Source of the DNA: an uncultured delta proteobacterium
Lineage (GTDB): Bacteria > Desulfobacterota > Binatia > Binatales > Binataceae
DNA: 64,000 nt
Direction: 5' to 3'
Assembly (NCBI GenBank): GCA_963842085.1
Contig: CAWJET010000001.1
Span: 2,240,001 to 2,304,000, forward strand
Under the pieces are notes generated by a model that saw only the letters and a list, made by a program, of their open reading frames with translations, made no database searches and was not told the origin of the DNA. Positions 43,002-52,303 of the stretch are shown here, piece by piece. The first letter of the stretch is position 1; every line of letters starts with the position of its first letter. A program made the translations under genes and the position numbers.

Positions 43002-44033
43002 ATGATGAAGAAACTTCGCCGCAAACCGACCTACGGCGCCGCGATTCGACTGGCACGAATCGCCACCGGGTTGTTCTCCAGACCATACGGCTGGAGTATC
43101 AAATCGATCGGGGAGAGTCTCGAGATTTCCGAACGCACGCTGGCCCGTTACGTTTCGGTGCTGCGCAGCGGCCTGCTCGACTGGCGCGGCAGTCCGCTGA
43201 TTGAAGTGGTCGGCACGGGCGGCGCGCGCAAGCTTCGGCTGGTCAGCTCGATGAAGGCCGCGGAGGCATCTTCGTATCAGGTGGCGTTGCTGTATTTTTC
43301 GCTGACTGTGCTCAAGTTTCTGGAGGGCACGGTGCTGGAGGAAGGCGTCGAGGGGCTGTGGGAGAAGATTTATCAGAACCTGAGCTCGACGCAGCAGACG
43401 CGGCTGTCCGACCTCGAGCGCAAGTTTTACGCCGTCCCCTACGTCCCCAAGGATTACGGTGAGTTCAGCGAACAACTCGACGTAATTTTGCGGGCGCTGT
43501 TGGATCAGACTCGGCTCAAAGTCGACTACGCCGGCCTGACCGGCGAGGGCCGGCAACATGACTTCGACCCATACTCGCTCATCGCCTATCGCGGCGGTCT
43601 CTACCTTCTCGGCCACAGCCATCGAAGCAACGCGATCATTTATCTAGCGGTGGAGCGAATCCGCTCGGTCGAATTCATCCGTCAGCCGGACGGCGCCCCG
43701 GTGCGGTTCATCTATCCGCGCGCCTTCAATCCCGCAGCCCACACCGAAGGCACTTTCGGGATTGTCGACGGACCCGAGACCAAAGTCGAGTTGAAGATTC
43801 ACAGCGAACAGACCGGGGCCTACGTACGTTCGCGCACGATTCATCGCAGCCAGCGTTTCTCGCATCGCCGCGACGGCACGACGATCATGACGATGATCGT
43901 CAGGGGCACGACTGAGTTGGCGAATTGGATAATGAGCATGGGGCCGTGGATTGAGGTGCTCAAGCCCGCGGCTCTGCGCAAGGAAATCGCGCAGCGCCAC
44001 GTAAAAGCGGCTCGTTTGTACCGCGGCAGTTAG
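43002..44033 (+). CDS. WYL-domain transcriptional regulator (wHTH-WYL-WCX)
   Basis: HTH IGESLEISERTLARYVSVL; WYL PYSLIAYRGGLYLLG...VERIRSV; WCX WIMSMGPWIEVLKPAALR. The start is probably 43002 rather than 42939. Confidence 0.9.
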   Translation: MMKKLRRKPTYGAAIRLARIATGLFSRPYGWSIKSIGESLEISERTLARYVSVLRSGLLDWRGSPLIEVVGTGGARKLRLVSSMKAAEASSYQVALLYFSLTVLKFLEGTVLEEGVEGLWEKIYQNLSSTQQTRLSDLERKFYAVPYVPKDYGEFSEQLDVILRALLDQTRLKVDYAGLTGEGRQHDFDPYSLIAYRGGLYLLGHSHRSNAIIYLAVERIRSVEFIRQPDGAPVRFIYPRAFNPAAHTEGTFGIVDGPETKVELKIHSEQTGAYVRSRTIHRSQRFSHRRDGTTIMTMIVRGTTELANWIMSMGPWIEVLKPAALRKEIAQRHVKAARLYRGS

Positions 44034-44105
44034 ATCGGACGCTCGATCAGCGGCTACAATGATGCGAGATGTGCGCGATACGCGCGACTGCGAATCAGGG
44101 AAGCA

Positions 44106-45062
44106 ATGATCATAGTAACCGGCGGTGCAGGCTTCATCGGCAGCAACCTGCTGAGCGCGCTGAATGCCAAGGGCATCACGGACGTACTGGTCGTCGATCG
44201 CAAGGGCGATAATTTCCGCAACCTCTGCGATTTGCGGTTTTCGGATTTCATTCAGCCCGAAGAGTTCGCCCGGGCAATCGAGCGCAGGGCTCTTCCTGAC
44301 CGGATCGAAGCCGTTTTTCATCAGGGTGCGTGCGCCGACACCACCTGCACCGACGGCCGCTACATGATCGAAAACAATTTCACGTTTTCGAAGTTGATTC
44401 TGCATTTCGCGCGGGCAAGCAAAGTTCCACTGGTGTACGCGTCCAGCGCAGCGGTGTACGGCTCGTCGAGCGCATTCGCGCCGTCACGCCAAAACGAACG
44501 TCCACTCAACCTCTATGGGCTATCCAAACTTGCTTTCGACAATCACGTCCGCAGCGTCGCCGCGAATTCCGAGAGCACGGTGGCCGGTCTCAGGTACTTC
44601 AACGTCTATGGTCCGCGCGAATCCCACAAGGGCAAAATGGCGTCGATGGTGTATCAGCTCTATCGGCAGTTGAAGGACAGCGGACGCGCGCGGCTGTTCA
44701 AGGGCACTGATGGATACGCAGACGGGGAGCAGCGGCGCGACTTTGTTTTGGTTGACGACGTTGTCCGCGTTAACCTGGTGCTTGCCGAGGGTCCCGCGCG
44801 AAGCGGCATCTTTAACGTCGGCACTGGACAAGCGCGCAGCTTCAACGACGTAGCCAGGACCATAATCGCGCAGCTCGGTGCGGGTGCGATTGACTATGTG
44901 CCATTTCCCGAGAAACTGGCGCATAGGTATCAAAGCTTCACACAGGCTGAGCTCTCGGCGCTAAGGAATGCAGGCTACAATGAGGCTTTTTCGACATTGG
45001 AAAATGGAATCGCGCGGTCGATCGATGCGTGGAGTCGAGAGGACCAGCCAACCGGCGGCTGA
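44106..45062 (+). CDS. hldD: ADP-L-glycero-D-manno-heptose 6-epimerase
   Basis: MIIVTGGAGFIGSNL, FHQGAC, YASSAAVYG, YGLSK, RYFNVYGPRESHKGKMAS, YQSFTQA. Confidence 0.93.
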   Translation: MIIVTGGAGFIGSNLLSALNAKGITDVLVVDRKGDNFRNLCDLRFSDFIQPEEFARAIERRALPDRIEAVFHQGACADTTCTDGRYMIENNFTFSKLILHFARASKVPLVYASSAAVYGSSSAFAPSRQNERPLNLYGLSKLAFDNHVRSVAANSESTVAGLRYFNVYGPRESHKGKMASMVYQLYRQLKDSGRARLFKGTDGYADGEQRRDFVLVDDVVRVNLVLAEGPARSGIFNVGTGQARSFNDVARTIIAQLGAGAIDYVPFPEKLAHRYQSFTQAELSALRNAGYNEAFSTLENGIARSIDAWSREDQPTGG

Positions 45063-45082
45063 CTATTCGGAGGAAGGTCAAA

Positions 45083-45709
45083 ATGGGAAATCCTGGAAAC
45101 CGTCGAATTGAAACAGTCGCGGAGCTGCAGGCGCTGCTCGGTGAGCCGAATCCGATGACGCCGAAGAAGCTTTTTTCTGCGCTCGACGAAGCGGCGATCG
45201 ATTTTATCCGGCGATCGCCCTTTCTCGTGCTTGCAACTGCAGACGCGCAGGGCAACGAAGACGCTTCGCCCAAGGGCGACGGGCCCGGCTTCGTCGCCGT
45301 TGAAGACGCGCACACGTTCCTGATTCCCGAACGCAAGGGTAATCGGCTGATGTTCAGTCTCAGGAACATTCTGGCCAATCCCCAGGTTGGAATTATTTTT
45401 CTCGTGCCCGGCACCGACGAAACTTTGCGCGTCAACGGCACCGCGGAGTTGGGCGACGATCCCGACTTGTTGGTCCGGCTCAGCGCCCGGGGCGCGCCCG
45501 CGCTGCTGGCGATTCGCGTTACCGTGCGGGAATGCTTCTTCCACTGCGCCAAGGCCTTCATCCGCTCGCAGCTCTGGAAGCCGGAGACATGGCCGGAGCG
45601 CCGGAAGATTTCCTTTGGGAAAATTTTGACGGCGAAACTTGGCGGTGGAGACGAACTTGCCCGGCAAGTCGATCGGGCGGTCGAGCAGGATTACAAGAAC
45701 AATCTCTAA
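45083..45709 (+). CDS. Pyridoxamine 5'-phosphate oxidase-like FMN-binding protein (MSMEG_1061 type)
   Basis: DASPKGDGPGFV, PERKGNR, ETLRVNG, FFHCAKAFIRSQLW. GGAGG RBS. Confidence 0.88.
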   Translation: MGNPGNRRIETVAELQALLGEPNPMTPKKLFSALDEAAIDFIRRSPFLVLATADAQGNEDASPKGDGPGFVAVEDAHTFLIPERKGNRLMFSLRNILANPQVGIIFLVPGTDETLRVNGTAELGDDPDLLVRLSARGAPALLAIRVTVRECFFHCAKAFIRSQLWKPETWPERRKISFGKILTAKLGGGDELARQVDRAVEQDYKNNL

Positions 45710-47003
45710 TTAGTAGCGTGCGCGCGCCGCGAGTTCGCGGCAGCGTTTTCGATTCGCGGCTATTCCGCTGACGCAGCGCTCGACAAACAGCGCGACCGAG
45801 CGCCGCATCATCTCGATCGCGTCGAAAACGTTTGCCGCCGCCGCGCCCTCGAAAACATTCAAGTTCAATTCGCCTTGCTCCAGCGCGAGTCGCGTCGCGC
45901 GCTCGCACCCCAGCACCTGGAAGCAGCACTGCAGCATCGTCTCCGGAATCACAGGATTGATTTTCCCCGGGAAGATCGATGAGCCCTCTTGAACGGCGGG
46001 CAAAATTATTTCGCCGAAGCCCCCTTCCGGTCCCGACCCGAGGATGCGCAGGTCCTGCGCGGTCTTGATCAATACCTCCGCGAGCATCGCGAGCTGTGCA
46101 GACACCGCCGCGAGATCGTCTATGTTCTGCGCGGCGTCGTAGAGATTACGCCGCAGCGTAAGGTTCTGCCCGACGATCTCGTTCAAGCGTTTCATGATCG
46201 CGCGGCGATAGATCGCCGGCGCTCCGCTTCCAGAGCCAATCGCGGTGCCTCCCAAGTTTACTCGCGAGAGTGCTTTCACGCTTTGCGCCAGTTCGCGAGC
46301 GCGCCGCGCAATCACCTCTGCGTGGCCGCCGAAGAGTTCGCCGAGCGACACCCGCGCCGCGTCCTGCAGGCAGGTGCGCGAGATCGTGACAACCGGGCGC
46401 AGTTCCGCGGCCTTGGCACGAAATGCCGCGACGCATTGAGCGAGTGCGCGCCGCAATCCGCTCCACCGGCTCAGTACCGTCATCCGAATTGCCGTATGGC
46501 AGACGTCCGCCGTCGATTGCGAGGCGTTGACGTGCAGCTTGGGATGCACGGGCTGGTAAGTTCCGCTCGCCGCCGAGATACTCGCTGGCGAGATTGGCTA
46601 TGACCTCGTTCACGTTCATATTGACCGCAATACCTCCGCCGCCGGCGAGCATGTCAATCGGAAACTGCGCGAGATGTTCGCCGCGAATCAGCGTCTCGCA
46701 AGCGCGTTCGATCGCGTCCAGGCGCCGCGCGTCGAGCACGTGCGCATCGCGATTGGCGCGCGCGGCGGCCTTTTTGACCATCGCGAGCGCGCGAATGTAG
46801 TCGGGATAGTTTCCGAGAATGCGCGCCGAGAATCCCAAATTCTCGACCGCTCTGACCGTTTGAATTCCGTAAAGCGCGTCCGCTGGCACTGCGCGTTCGC
46901 CCAGCAAATCTCTCTCGATGCGAGTTCTAGGCGGTGCGGCGTACCAGTTGCGAATCGATCCGCGCGCGCTTCGCGGCGCGGCTGACCTACGCCGTCCGGC
47001 CAT
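45710..47003 (-). pseudogene. Aspartate ammonia-lyase / fumarase family gene, frameshifted near 46564 and C-terminally short
   Basis: N-half ERDLLG...YGIQTVRA...NMNVNEVIANLA and C-half VHP..HVNASQST.D, NLGGTAIG, GSSIFPGKINP, GELNLNVF lie in different frames. Confidence 0.82.
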
Positions 47004-47820
47004 AGCGGGCCATTTGCAGCCCCTTGCTGCTCCGCGTTCCCGGTTTGGTGTCGTAGGCGAGCAGCGCGACCAGCCGCGTCGTGCGGCCGCTAACCGGCGT
47101 GACGCGATGAATCGAGTTGCGTCCTTCGAACAGCAGCAGGGTCCCCGGATGCATCGCCACGCGCACCACGCCTTCGCCGGAACCCTCGAGCAGGCGCTGG
47201 ACGCGCGGATAGTTTTCATCGGTAGCGCTGCGAATCAGCGAGACGTATTCGAAGTCGCCGCCGGCCTCCGAGGGTCGAAGCGCAATCGAGGTGACGAAGT
47301 CGGTCTGATCGAAATGCCAGTGCAGGCGTTCGCCCGCTCCCATCACGGCGAGGTTGAGCGCGCCCATCGGATCGGCGTAGCGATAGAGGCGCTCCTTATT
47401 CAGCGCCGCCGCGATAAATTCCATCAGCGGATCCCATTCAAACAGTTGTCGCGTCGCGGAGTCATGGGGAAACTGATCGTAGGCCACGACGCCTACCGAG
47501 GTCGGCTCGAAAAACTTCCGCGGGTGATCGTTTGGCCACGAAGGATCGGGCGCTTCGAGATAAGGCGTGCCCGTTACGACGCTGTGATAGGCGAGCGCCG
47601 CGAGCGAGTCGCCCTCGCGCACGAGCGTCGCAACCGCTTCAGGTTTGAGGAATCCGGGCAGCTCGCAGGCGCCGGTGCGATCGAGTTGCGTGCGGCAATG
47701 ACGCGTCAGTGCGCGTGTGGCGTCACTGCTCAAATTGAGGATCGGGTAGCGCTCGAGATCGATCAGGTCTGCCGGCGATTGCCGCGCCGACCCGGTTTGG
47801 TTGACGGCCTTCGTTTGCAT
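46987..47820 (-). CDS. Fe(II)/2-oxoglutarate oxygenase, BesD/HalD-related, HxD (hydroxylase-type)
   Basis: IDLERYP, LHWHFD, GGDFEY, PGTLLLFEGRNSIHRVTPV, R, YGR terminus. Confidence 0.75.
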   Translation of the reverse strand: MQTKAVNQTGSARQSPADLIDLERYPILNLSSDATRALTRHCRTQLDRTGACELPGFLKPEAVATLVREGDSLAALAYHSVVTGTPYLEAPDPSWPNDHPRKFFEPTSVGVVAYDQFPHDSATRQLFEWDPLMEFIAAALNKERLYRYADPMGALNLAVMGAGERLHWHFDQTDFVTSIALRPSEAGGDFEYVSLIRSATDENYPRVQRLLEGSGEGVVRVAMHPGTLLLFEGRNSIHRVTPVSGRTTRLVALLAYDTKPGTRSSKGLQMARYGRTA

Positions 47821-47888
47821 GCTTTGAGATGCCTCGTTTTTCGACCATACGACCACGTTCTGATTAGCACAATCGCGAGGACTCGAAC

Positions 47889-48947
47889 CTAAGGCGCAGT
47901 CTTAAGGGGATGCTGCCTGAAAAACTCCAGCATCGTAGTCGACCATTCCCTGGGCCATCGCATGTGATTACCGAGACCAATTATCGACCCCGTAACACTA
48001 GCGGTTGATCTTTCCGGGGCAGTTGGATCGGTGCCGCACGAATCCGTACATGAGTAAACCCGGCGATGGTGATTGTCGAGGATCACATCGTCGACAACCA
48101 CTCCGGCCGCGTTTAAGTCGGTTGCCAGTTGCTCGCCATTGGGACAGATGCCACCGATGTCGCAGGCGTTGTGAATGTGCATAGTTCGTGCGGCCGGGTT
48201 GAAAATCTGAATCTGCGTATCATTCGCCGGCGGACCGGCGACCGGCCGCTGTGGGCAAGGATCGTCGAACGCGCCGAATGGGTTGGGTGCGGAATAAACG
48301 GCCGCGGCCGCAATGTTCGGACGATTCACCGCGTACAGGTAGCCCATCGCGGCTCCGTTGGACCATCCGGATACATAAATCCGGGCGGTATCGACTTTCC
48401 CGCTCGCGACCTCGGCCGCGATGAAATGATCGATCGTCGCCGCGTCCGCATTTTCCCGCCAGGTCGTGGCTCCGATCTTCACGTCTCCCGCCGGGTTCAA
48501 CTGCCGATACCAGTTGTCCCATCCAATTCCAGTGTTGTCGGGGAATGGATAATAGTGCGTCGTCCTGCGTCCCTCGGGCGCCAGCACTATGTATCCGACA
48601 CTCTTCGGATCGTCAGTAAGTGAGACAGAGTCCTGGAGGTCAAGTATATTGGTTTGAGTAATCCAACCGGCGGAAAACAGCGACGGATGTAAGTAAACGA
48701 CCATTGGTAACTTGCTATTCGCGCGGGTAGGTTTCGGCTCGTAGAGGCAGGCGTAGCGATCGATGCCATCCGCGTCCTTCCACGGACCAAGAAGCTCGCC
48801 TTCTCCGCAGTTGGGTTTGACGTCCGAAATTATCGCCGCCGACGGATCGCCAAATGGACCGCATGCTGCCGGCGCGACACTGTCGCTGGTCGCGCTGCCG
48901 CACGAAAGCAAGAACGCGCTGATTGCCAGGCAAATGGTTCTCTTCAC
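47889..48947 (-). CDS. Lipoprotein esterase (PHB depolymerase/LpqC-like alpha/beta hydrolase)
   Basis: LLSC lipobox; PMVVYLH, VDTARIYVSGWSNGA, late His (NHMRWP); several cysteines. Confidence 0.72.
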   Translation of the reverse strand: MKRTICLAISAFLLSCGSATSDSVAPAACGPFGDPSAAIISDVKPNCGEGELLGPWKDADGIDRYACLYEPKPTRANSKLPMVVYLHPSLFSAGWITQTNILDLQDSVSLTDDPKSVGYIVLAPEGRRTTHYYPFPDNTGIGWDNWYRQLNPAGDVKIGATTWRENADAATIDHFIAAEVASGKVDTARIYVSGWSNGAAMGYLYAVNRPNIAAAAVYSAPNPFGAFDDPCPQRPVAGPPANDTQIQIFNPAARTMHIHNACDIGGICPNGEQLATDLNAAGVVVDDVILDNHHRRVYSCTDSCGTDPTAPERSTASVTGSIIGLGNHMRWPREWSTTMLEFFRQHPLKTAP

Positions 48948-49080
48948 GACTCTGCTTTAACATATCAAGCAGCCGTGCCGACAAGCCCGTTGGATTCGCA
49001 TTTGCTTGTCTGTCGCCACTCTGGAGCGTAAAGGTCCTAGGGGGGCGCGCGGCTTTTTTGGCTCTTGGAGGTTTCACTCG

Positions 49081-49977
49081 ATGAATCTTGGCACCCTCGG
49101 CGTCGACGCCTTGATGGACTCCATGGCGGGAGTCGACCTCGCGAAGTTTGCGCGCAAGGTCGAGAAGCTCGGTTACAGTTCCCTCTGGTTTCCCGAAGCC
49201 TTTGGCCGCGATCCATTCGCGCTGGCCGCTCATCTGCTGACAGTGACCGACAAATTGATCGTCGGCACCGCGATCGCGAACGTCTGGAAGCGCGAACCGG
49301 TCGCGATGATTGGAGGCGCGCGGACGCTCGCCGAGATGTTCCCCGACCGCTTCGTACTCGGCATTGGGATCAGCCACGGCCCGATGATGACGCGGGTGGG
49401 AATCAACTACACGAAGCCTCTCACCTTCATGCGGGACTACCTCGCCCGTCTCAAAGAGGCTCCCTATGGTGCGGCGAAGCCCTCGACCGAAGCGCCAATC
49501 GTGGTCGCTGCCCTGCTTCCGAAAATGCTCCGGCTGGTCGCTGCCGAAGCCGACGGGACGCTCCCAACGTTCGTCACTCCGGAGCGGACCGCGCAAATTC
49601 GCGCCGCACTCGGTCCCAACAAGTTGATCTGCGTCCAACAAATCTCGCTGCTTGAAAAGGATCCCCGCAAAGCGCGCACGGCGATTCGCGGACTGATCGG
49701 ATTTTACCTCGGCCTCCCCAACTATCTGCAAAGCCTCCGGCTGATGGGCTTCAATGATTCGGACTTTGCCGGCGGTGGCAGCGATCGAATTGTCGATGCC
49801 ATGGTTGCGTGGGGTGACGAGCAAGCGATCCGCGATCGCGTGGCGGCGCAGTACCAGGCCGGCGCGACGCACGTGTGCATAACCCCGATTGGAATGGCGG
49901 GTGCCTGGCGCGGCAAATCGGATGGCAGCAATGGTACCCCCGTCGAGCTCGCGCTCGAAGCGCTCGCGCCGCGATGA
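49081..49977 (+). CDS. LLM-class (probably F420-dependent) oxidoreductase
   Basis: GYSSLWFPEAFGRDPF, GTAIANVW, RFVLGIGISH, AALLPKML, GATHVCI. Confidence 0.85.
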   Translation: MNLGTLGVDALMDSMAGVDLAKFARKVEKLGYSSLWFPEAFGRDPFALAAHLLTVTDKLIVGTAIANVWKREPVAMIGGARTLAEMFPDRFVLGIGISHGPMMTRVGINYTKPLTFMRDYLARLKEAPYGAAKPSTEAPIVVAALLPKMLRLVAAEADGTLPTFVTPERTAQIRAALGPNKLICVQQISLLEKDPRKARTAIRGLIGFYLGLPNYLQSLRLMGFNDSDFAGGGSDRIVDAMVAWGDEQAIRDRVAAQYQAGATHVCITPIGMAGAWRGKSDGSNGTPVELALEALAPR

Positions 49978-50029
49978 ACTGGCTAATGCGAGTAGTCACT
50001 CGAATCGCGATCTGACTACTGGAGTCAAT

Positions 50030-51178
50030 ATGCAGATCGACCACGACGAAATCATGCGCCGCGCCGCCGCGATTTCGCCGGCGCTCGCCGGCCATGCCCG
50101 AGAATGCGATGCGGCGCGCAGGCTCACCGCCGAAAGCATGGCGGCCGTTGTCGACGCCGGCTTGTTCCGGATTACGCAGCCGCGCCGCGTCGGCGGCTAC
50201 GAGTTGAGCCTGCGGACACTGGCCGACGCTGTGACTTGCCTCTCCGAGGCCTGCCCCTCGAGCGGCTGGGTGCTGATGGTCATGGGCGCCCATCACTGGT
50301 GCATGGGTTCGTTTCCCGAAACGGCGCAGGACGAAGTCTTCGGCGATGGCCGCGACGGCCTGGTCGCCGGGACGCTGTCGTGGCAGGGCAATGCAAGCGC
50401 CGTCGATGGCGGCTTCCGCGTCGATGGGCGCTGGCAATTTTGCAGCGGCGTCGATCATGCTCACTGGGTAATGCTGGGATGCGCCGAGGCCGCCACTCAC
50501 GGGCCGCTGGTCCACGTCGTCGTACCGCGCGCCGACCTCGAAGTGGACGACACCTGGCACGTAATGGGCCTGCAGGGCACCGGCAGCAAGGACGTCGTCG
50601 CGCACAATGTCTTCGTGCCGGCGCATCGCGCGCTCGATACGCGGACGCTGTTTCGCGGCGCGAGTCCTCACGCCGCGATTCACGCCACAAATCTGTATCG
50701 ACTCTCGGCCGAGGCCATGCTGTCAGTCTCGGTATCGACAGCGGTGCTCGGCTCCGCGAAATTCGCGCTGCGTCAATTCATCGAGCGCACCAAAGAGCGG
50801 CGCGTCATTCTGACCGGCGCGCGAAAGGCCGAGCACGGGCCGACGCAGGTGCGACTGGCGGAGGCCGCCGCCGAAATTCATTCGGCAGATCTGCTGATTC
50901 ACGATATTCTCGGGGAATTCGATCGCCTGATGGCGACCGGCGCGCCCTTCGACAACCATCACCGCGTGCGCGCGAAGTGGCAGGCCGCGTACGCCGCCGA
51001 GTTATGCCGCCGCGCGGTCGCGCGGATGTTCTCAGCCTCGGGAGCGCACGCGGTGTATGCGCCGAGCGCGCTTCAGGCCGCATTTCGGAACATCAATGTC
51101 GGCGCACAGCACGCCAGCATCGACTTCGATAATTCCGCCGAACTCTACGCCCGCGTGCGGCTCGGTCTCAACTCCTGA
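50030..51178 (+). CDS. Flavin-dependent monooxygenase oxygenase component (HsaA-like, acyl-CoA dehydrogenase fold)
   Basis: PRRVGG, GRWQFCSGVDHA, DDTWHVMGLQGTGS, terminal QH. Confidence 0.87.
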   Translation: MQIDHDEIMRRAAAISPALAGHARECDAARRLTAESMAAVVDAGLFRITQPRRVGGYELSLRTLADAVTCLSEACPSSGWVLMVMGAHHWCMGSFPETAQDEVFGDGRDGLVAGTLSWQGNASAVDGGFRVDGRWQFCSGVDHAHWVMLGCAEAATHGPLVHVVVPRADLEVDDTWHVMGLQGTGSKDVVAHNVFVPAHRALDTRTLFRGASPHAAIHATNLYRLSAEAMLSVSVSTAVLGSAKFALRQFIERTKERRVILTGARKAEHGPTQVRLAEAAAEIHSADLLIHDILGEFDRLMATGAPFDNHHRVRAKWQAAYAAELCRRAVARMFSASGAHAVYAPSALQAAFRNINVGAQHASIDFDNSAELYARVRLGLNS

Positions 51179-51201
51179 CTCTCGCTTCCAGTGCCGGCGG
51201 T

Positions 51202-51414
51202 TCAGGGCAGTTCCAGCAAACAATTCGCGCAAAGCGCCCATCGGGCGTGTCCGCCCGCCGGCACTACCAGAATTGCCGCGATCGATCGCGTCCCATCGCC
51301 ACACCGCCGGCAAATCAGGTCGTCGCCTTCGCAGCAAGCCTCGAATCCGATCTCCGCAATTGTGGCGGGATCGTCGATCAACTCGACGCGTACAAGGTTG
51401 AACTCAGTTTCCAA
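51202..51414 (-). CDS. Small Cys-rich protein (two CxxC, possible zinc ribbon)
   Basis: CRRC...CANC plus CC; TTG start 9 nt after the Crp stop; fills the gap between convergent genes. Confidence 0.5.
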   Translation of the reverse strand: METEFNLVRVELIDDPATIAEIGFEACCEGDDLICRRCGDGTRSIAAILVVPAGGHARWALCANCLLELP

Positions 51415-51423
51415 AGATTTCAG

Positions 51424-52149
51424 CTAATTCAGATGCGTGCCGACTGGCGCATTCATGGAATCGAACAGCTTGGAAACCTGCACGACCATCTGCCGTCCCT
51501 GCCGAGTTACGAATTTTTCGCGCTCCAGCCGCGCCAGATGCTCTGTTACTCTGGGCCGCGAGGCGCCGACCAGGTTGGCGATGTCCTTGTGGCTGAAAGA
51601 TACGCGCAGCAGCGTGCCGCGCGACTCCTCGATTCCAAAGTCCGCGCACAGTTCCAGCAGCGCGATGCCTATTCGCTCGTGCAGACCGAGGTTCAGAAAA
51701 CTCGAGCTGCGCAGCAGAAGACGATACCACTGCTTTAAATCGTTGCGATGAAATTGTTTGAAGGCGGACTCGGAAGCATTTACGGTGATGCCGTCGAAAT
51801 CGTCCCAACTCACGGTGCCAACCCGGCAATCGTTGTAAGCCTCGCATTGAAACCCGGACTGACTGAGCGGCAGCGCCGGGAATTCGGGAATCGGAACCGG
51901 CGCAAGCATCGCCACCGTCACCCGCTCGTTGCGCGTGTTGCGGCAGGTGATGCGCGCAACTCCTGCTAACAAAATGTGAGCATCCCGGGCGAGCGCAACG
52001 TCGCGCAAAATCACCGAGTGTCGCTTGTAGTTGGCCAGCGCAAGGGAGCCGACCAGGAGTGTAAGTTCAGACGGAGAAAGCCACGACAGACTTTTGAGCC
52101 GGCTCAGTCGGTCGAAGTCGGCATCACGTGAGCTGTCCCTTTCATTCAC
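51424..52149 (-). CDS. Crp/Fnr family transcriptional regulator
   Basis: cNMP-like beta-barrel; ERIGIALLEL; HTH SHKDIANLVGASRPRVTEHL. Confidence 0.88.
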   Translation of the reverse strand: MNERDSSRDADFDRLSRLKSLSWLSPSELTLLVGSLALANYKRHSVILRDVALARDAHILLAGVARITCRNTRNERVTVAMLAPVPIPEFPALPLSQSGFQCEAYNDCRVGTVSWDDFDGITVNASESAFKQFHRNDLKQWYRLLLRSSSFLNLGLHERIGIALLELCADFGIEESRGTLLRVSFSHKDIANLVGASRPRVTEHLARLEREKFVTRQGRQMVVQVSKLFDSMNAPVGTHLN

Positions 52150-52303
52150 AATTGCACCTGGCAGGAAACCAAATCATACGTCATTACAAGCTATAAAGGA
52201 AGCGCAATGTAACCCGCATAACAAATCATTTGTGCGGCAGGGAACGCCGGGCAGGAGGACCGACGAACCTGGGCAGCCGTAGGCATAGGCCGCCAACTAC
52301 TCG

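Noticed and set aside
46987-47820. Calling the Fe/2OG enzyme a halogenase
   Set aside because: It retains the HxD carboxylate (HFD); halogenases have HxG/A.
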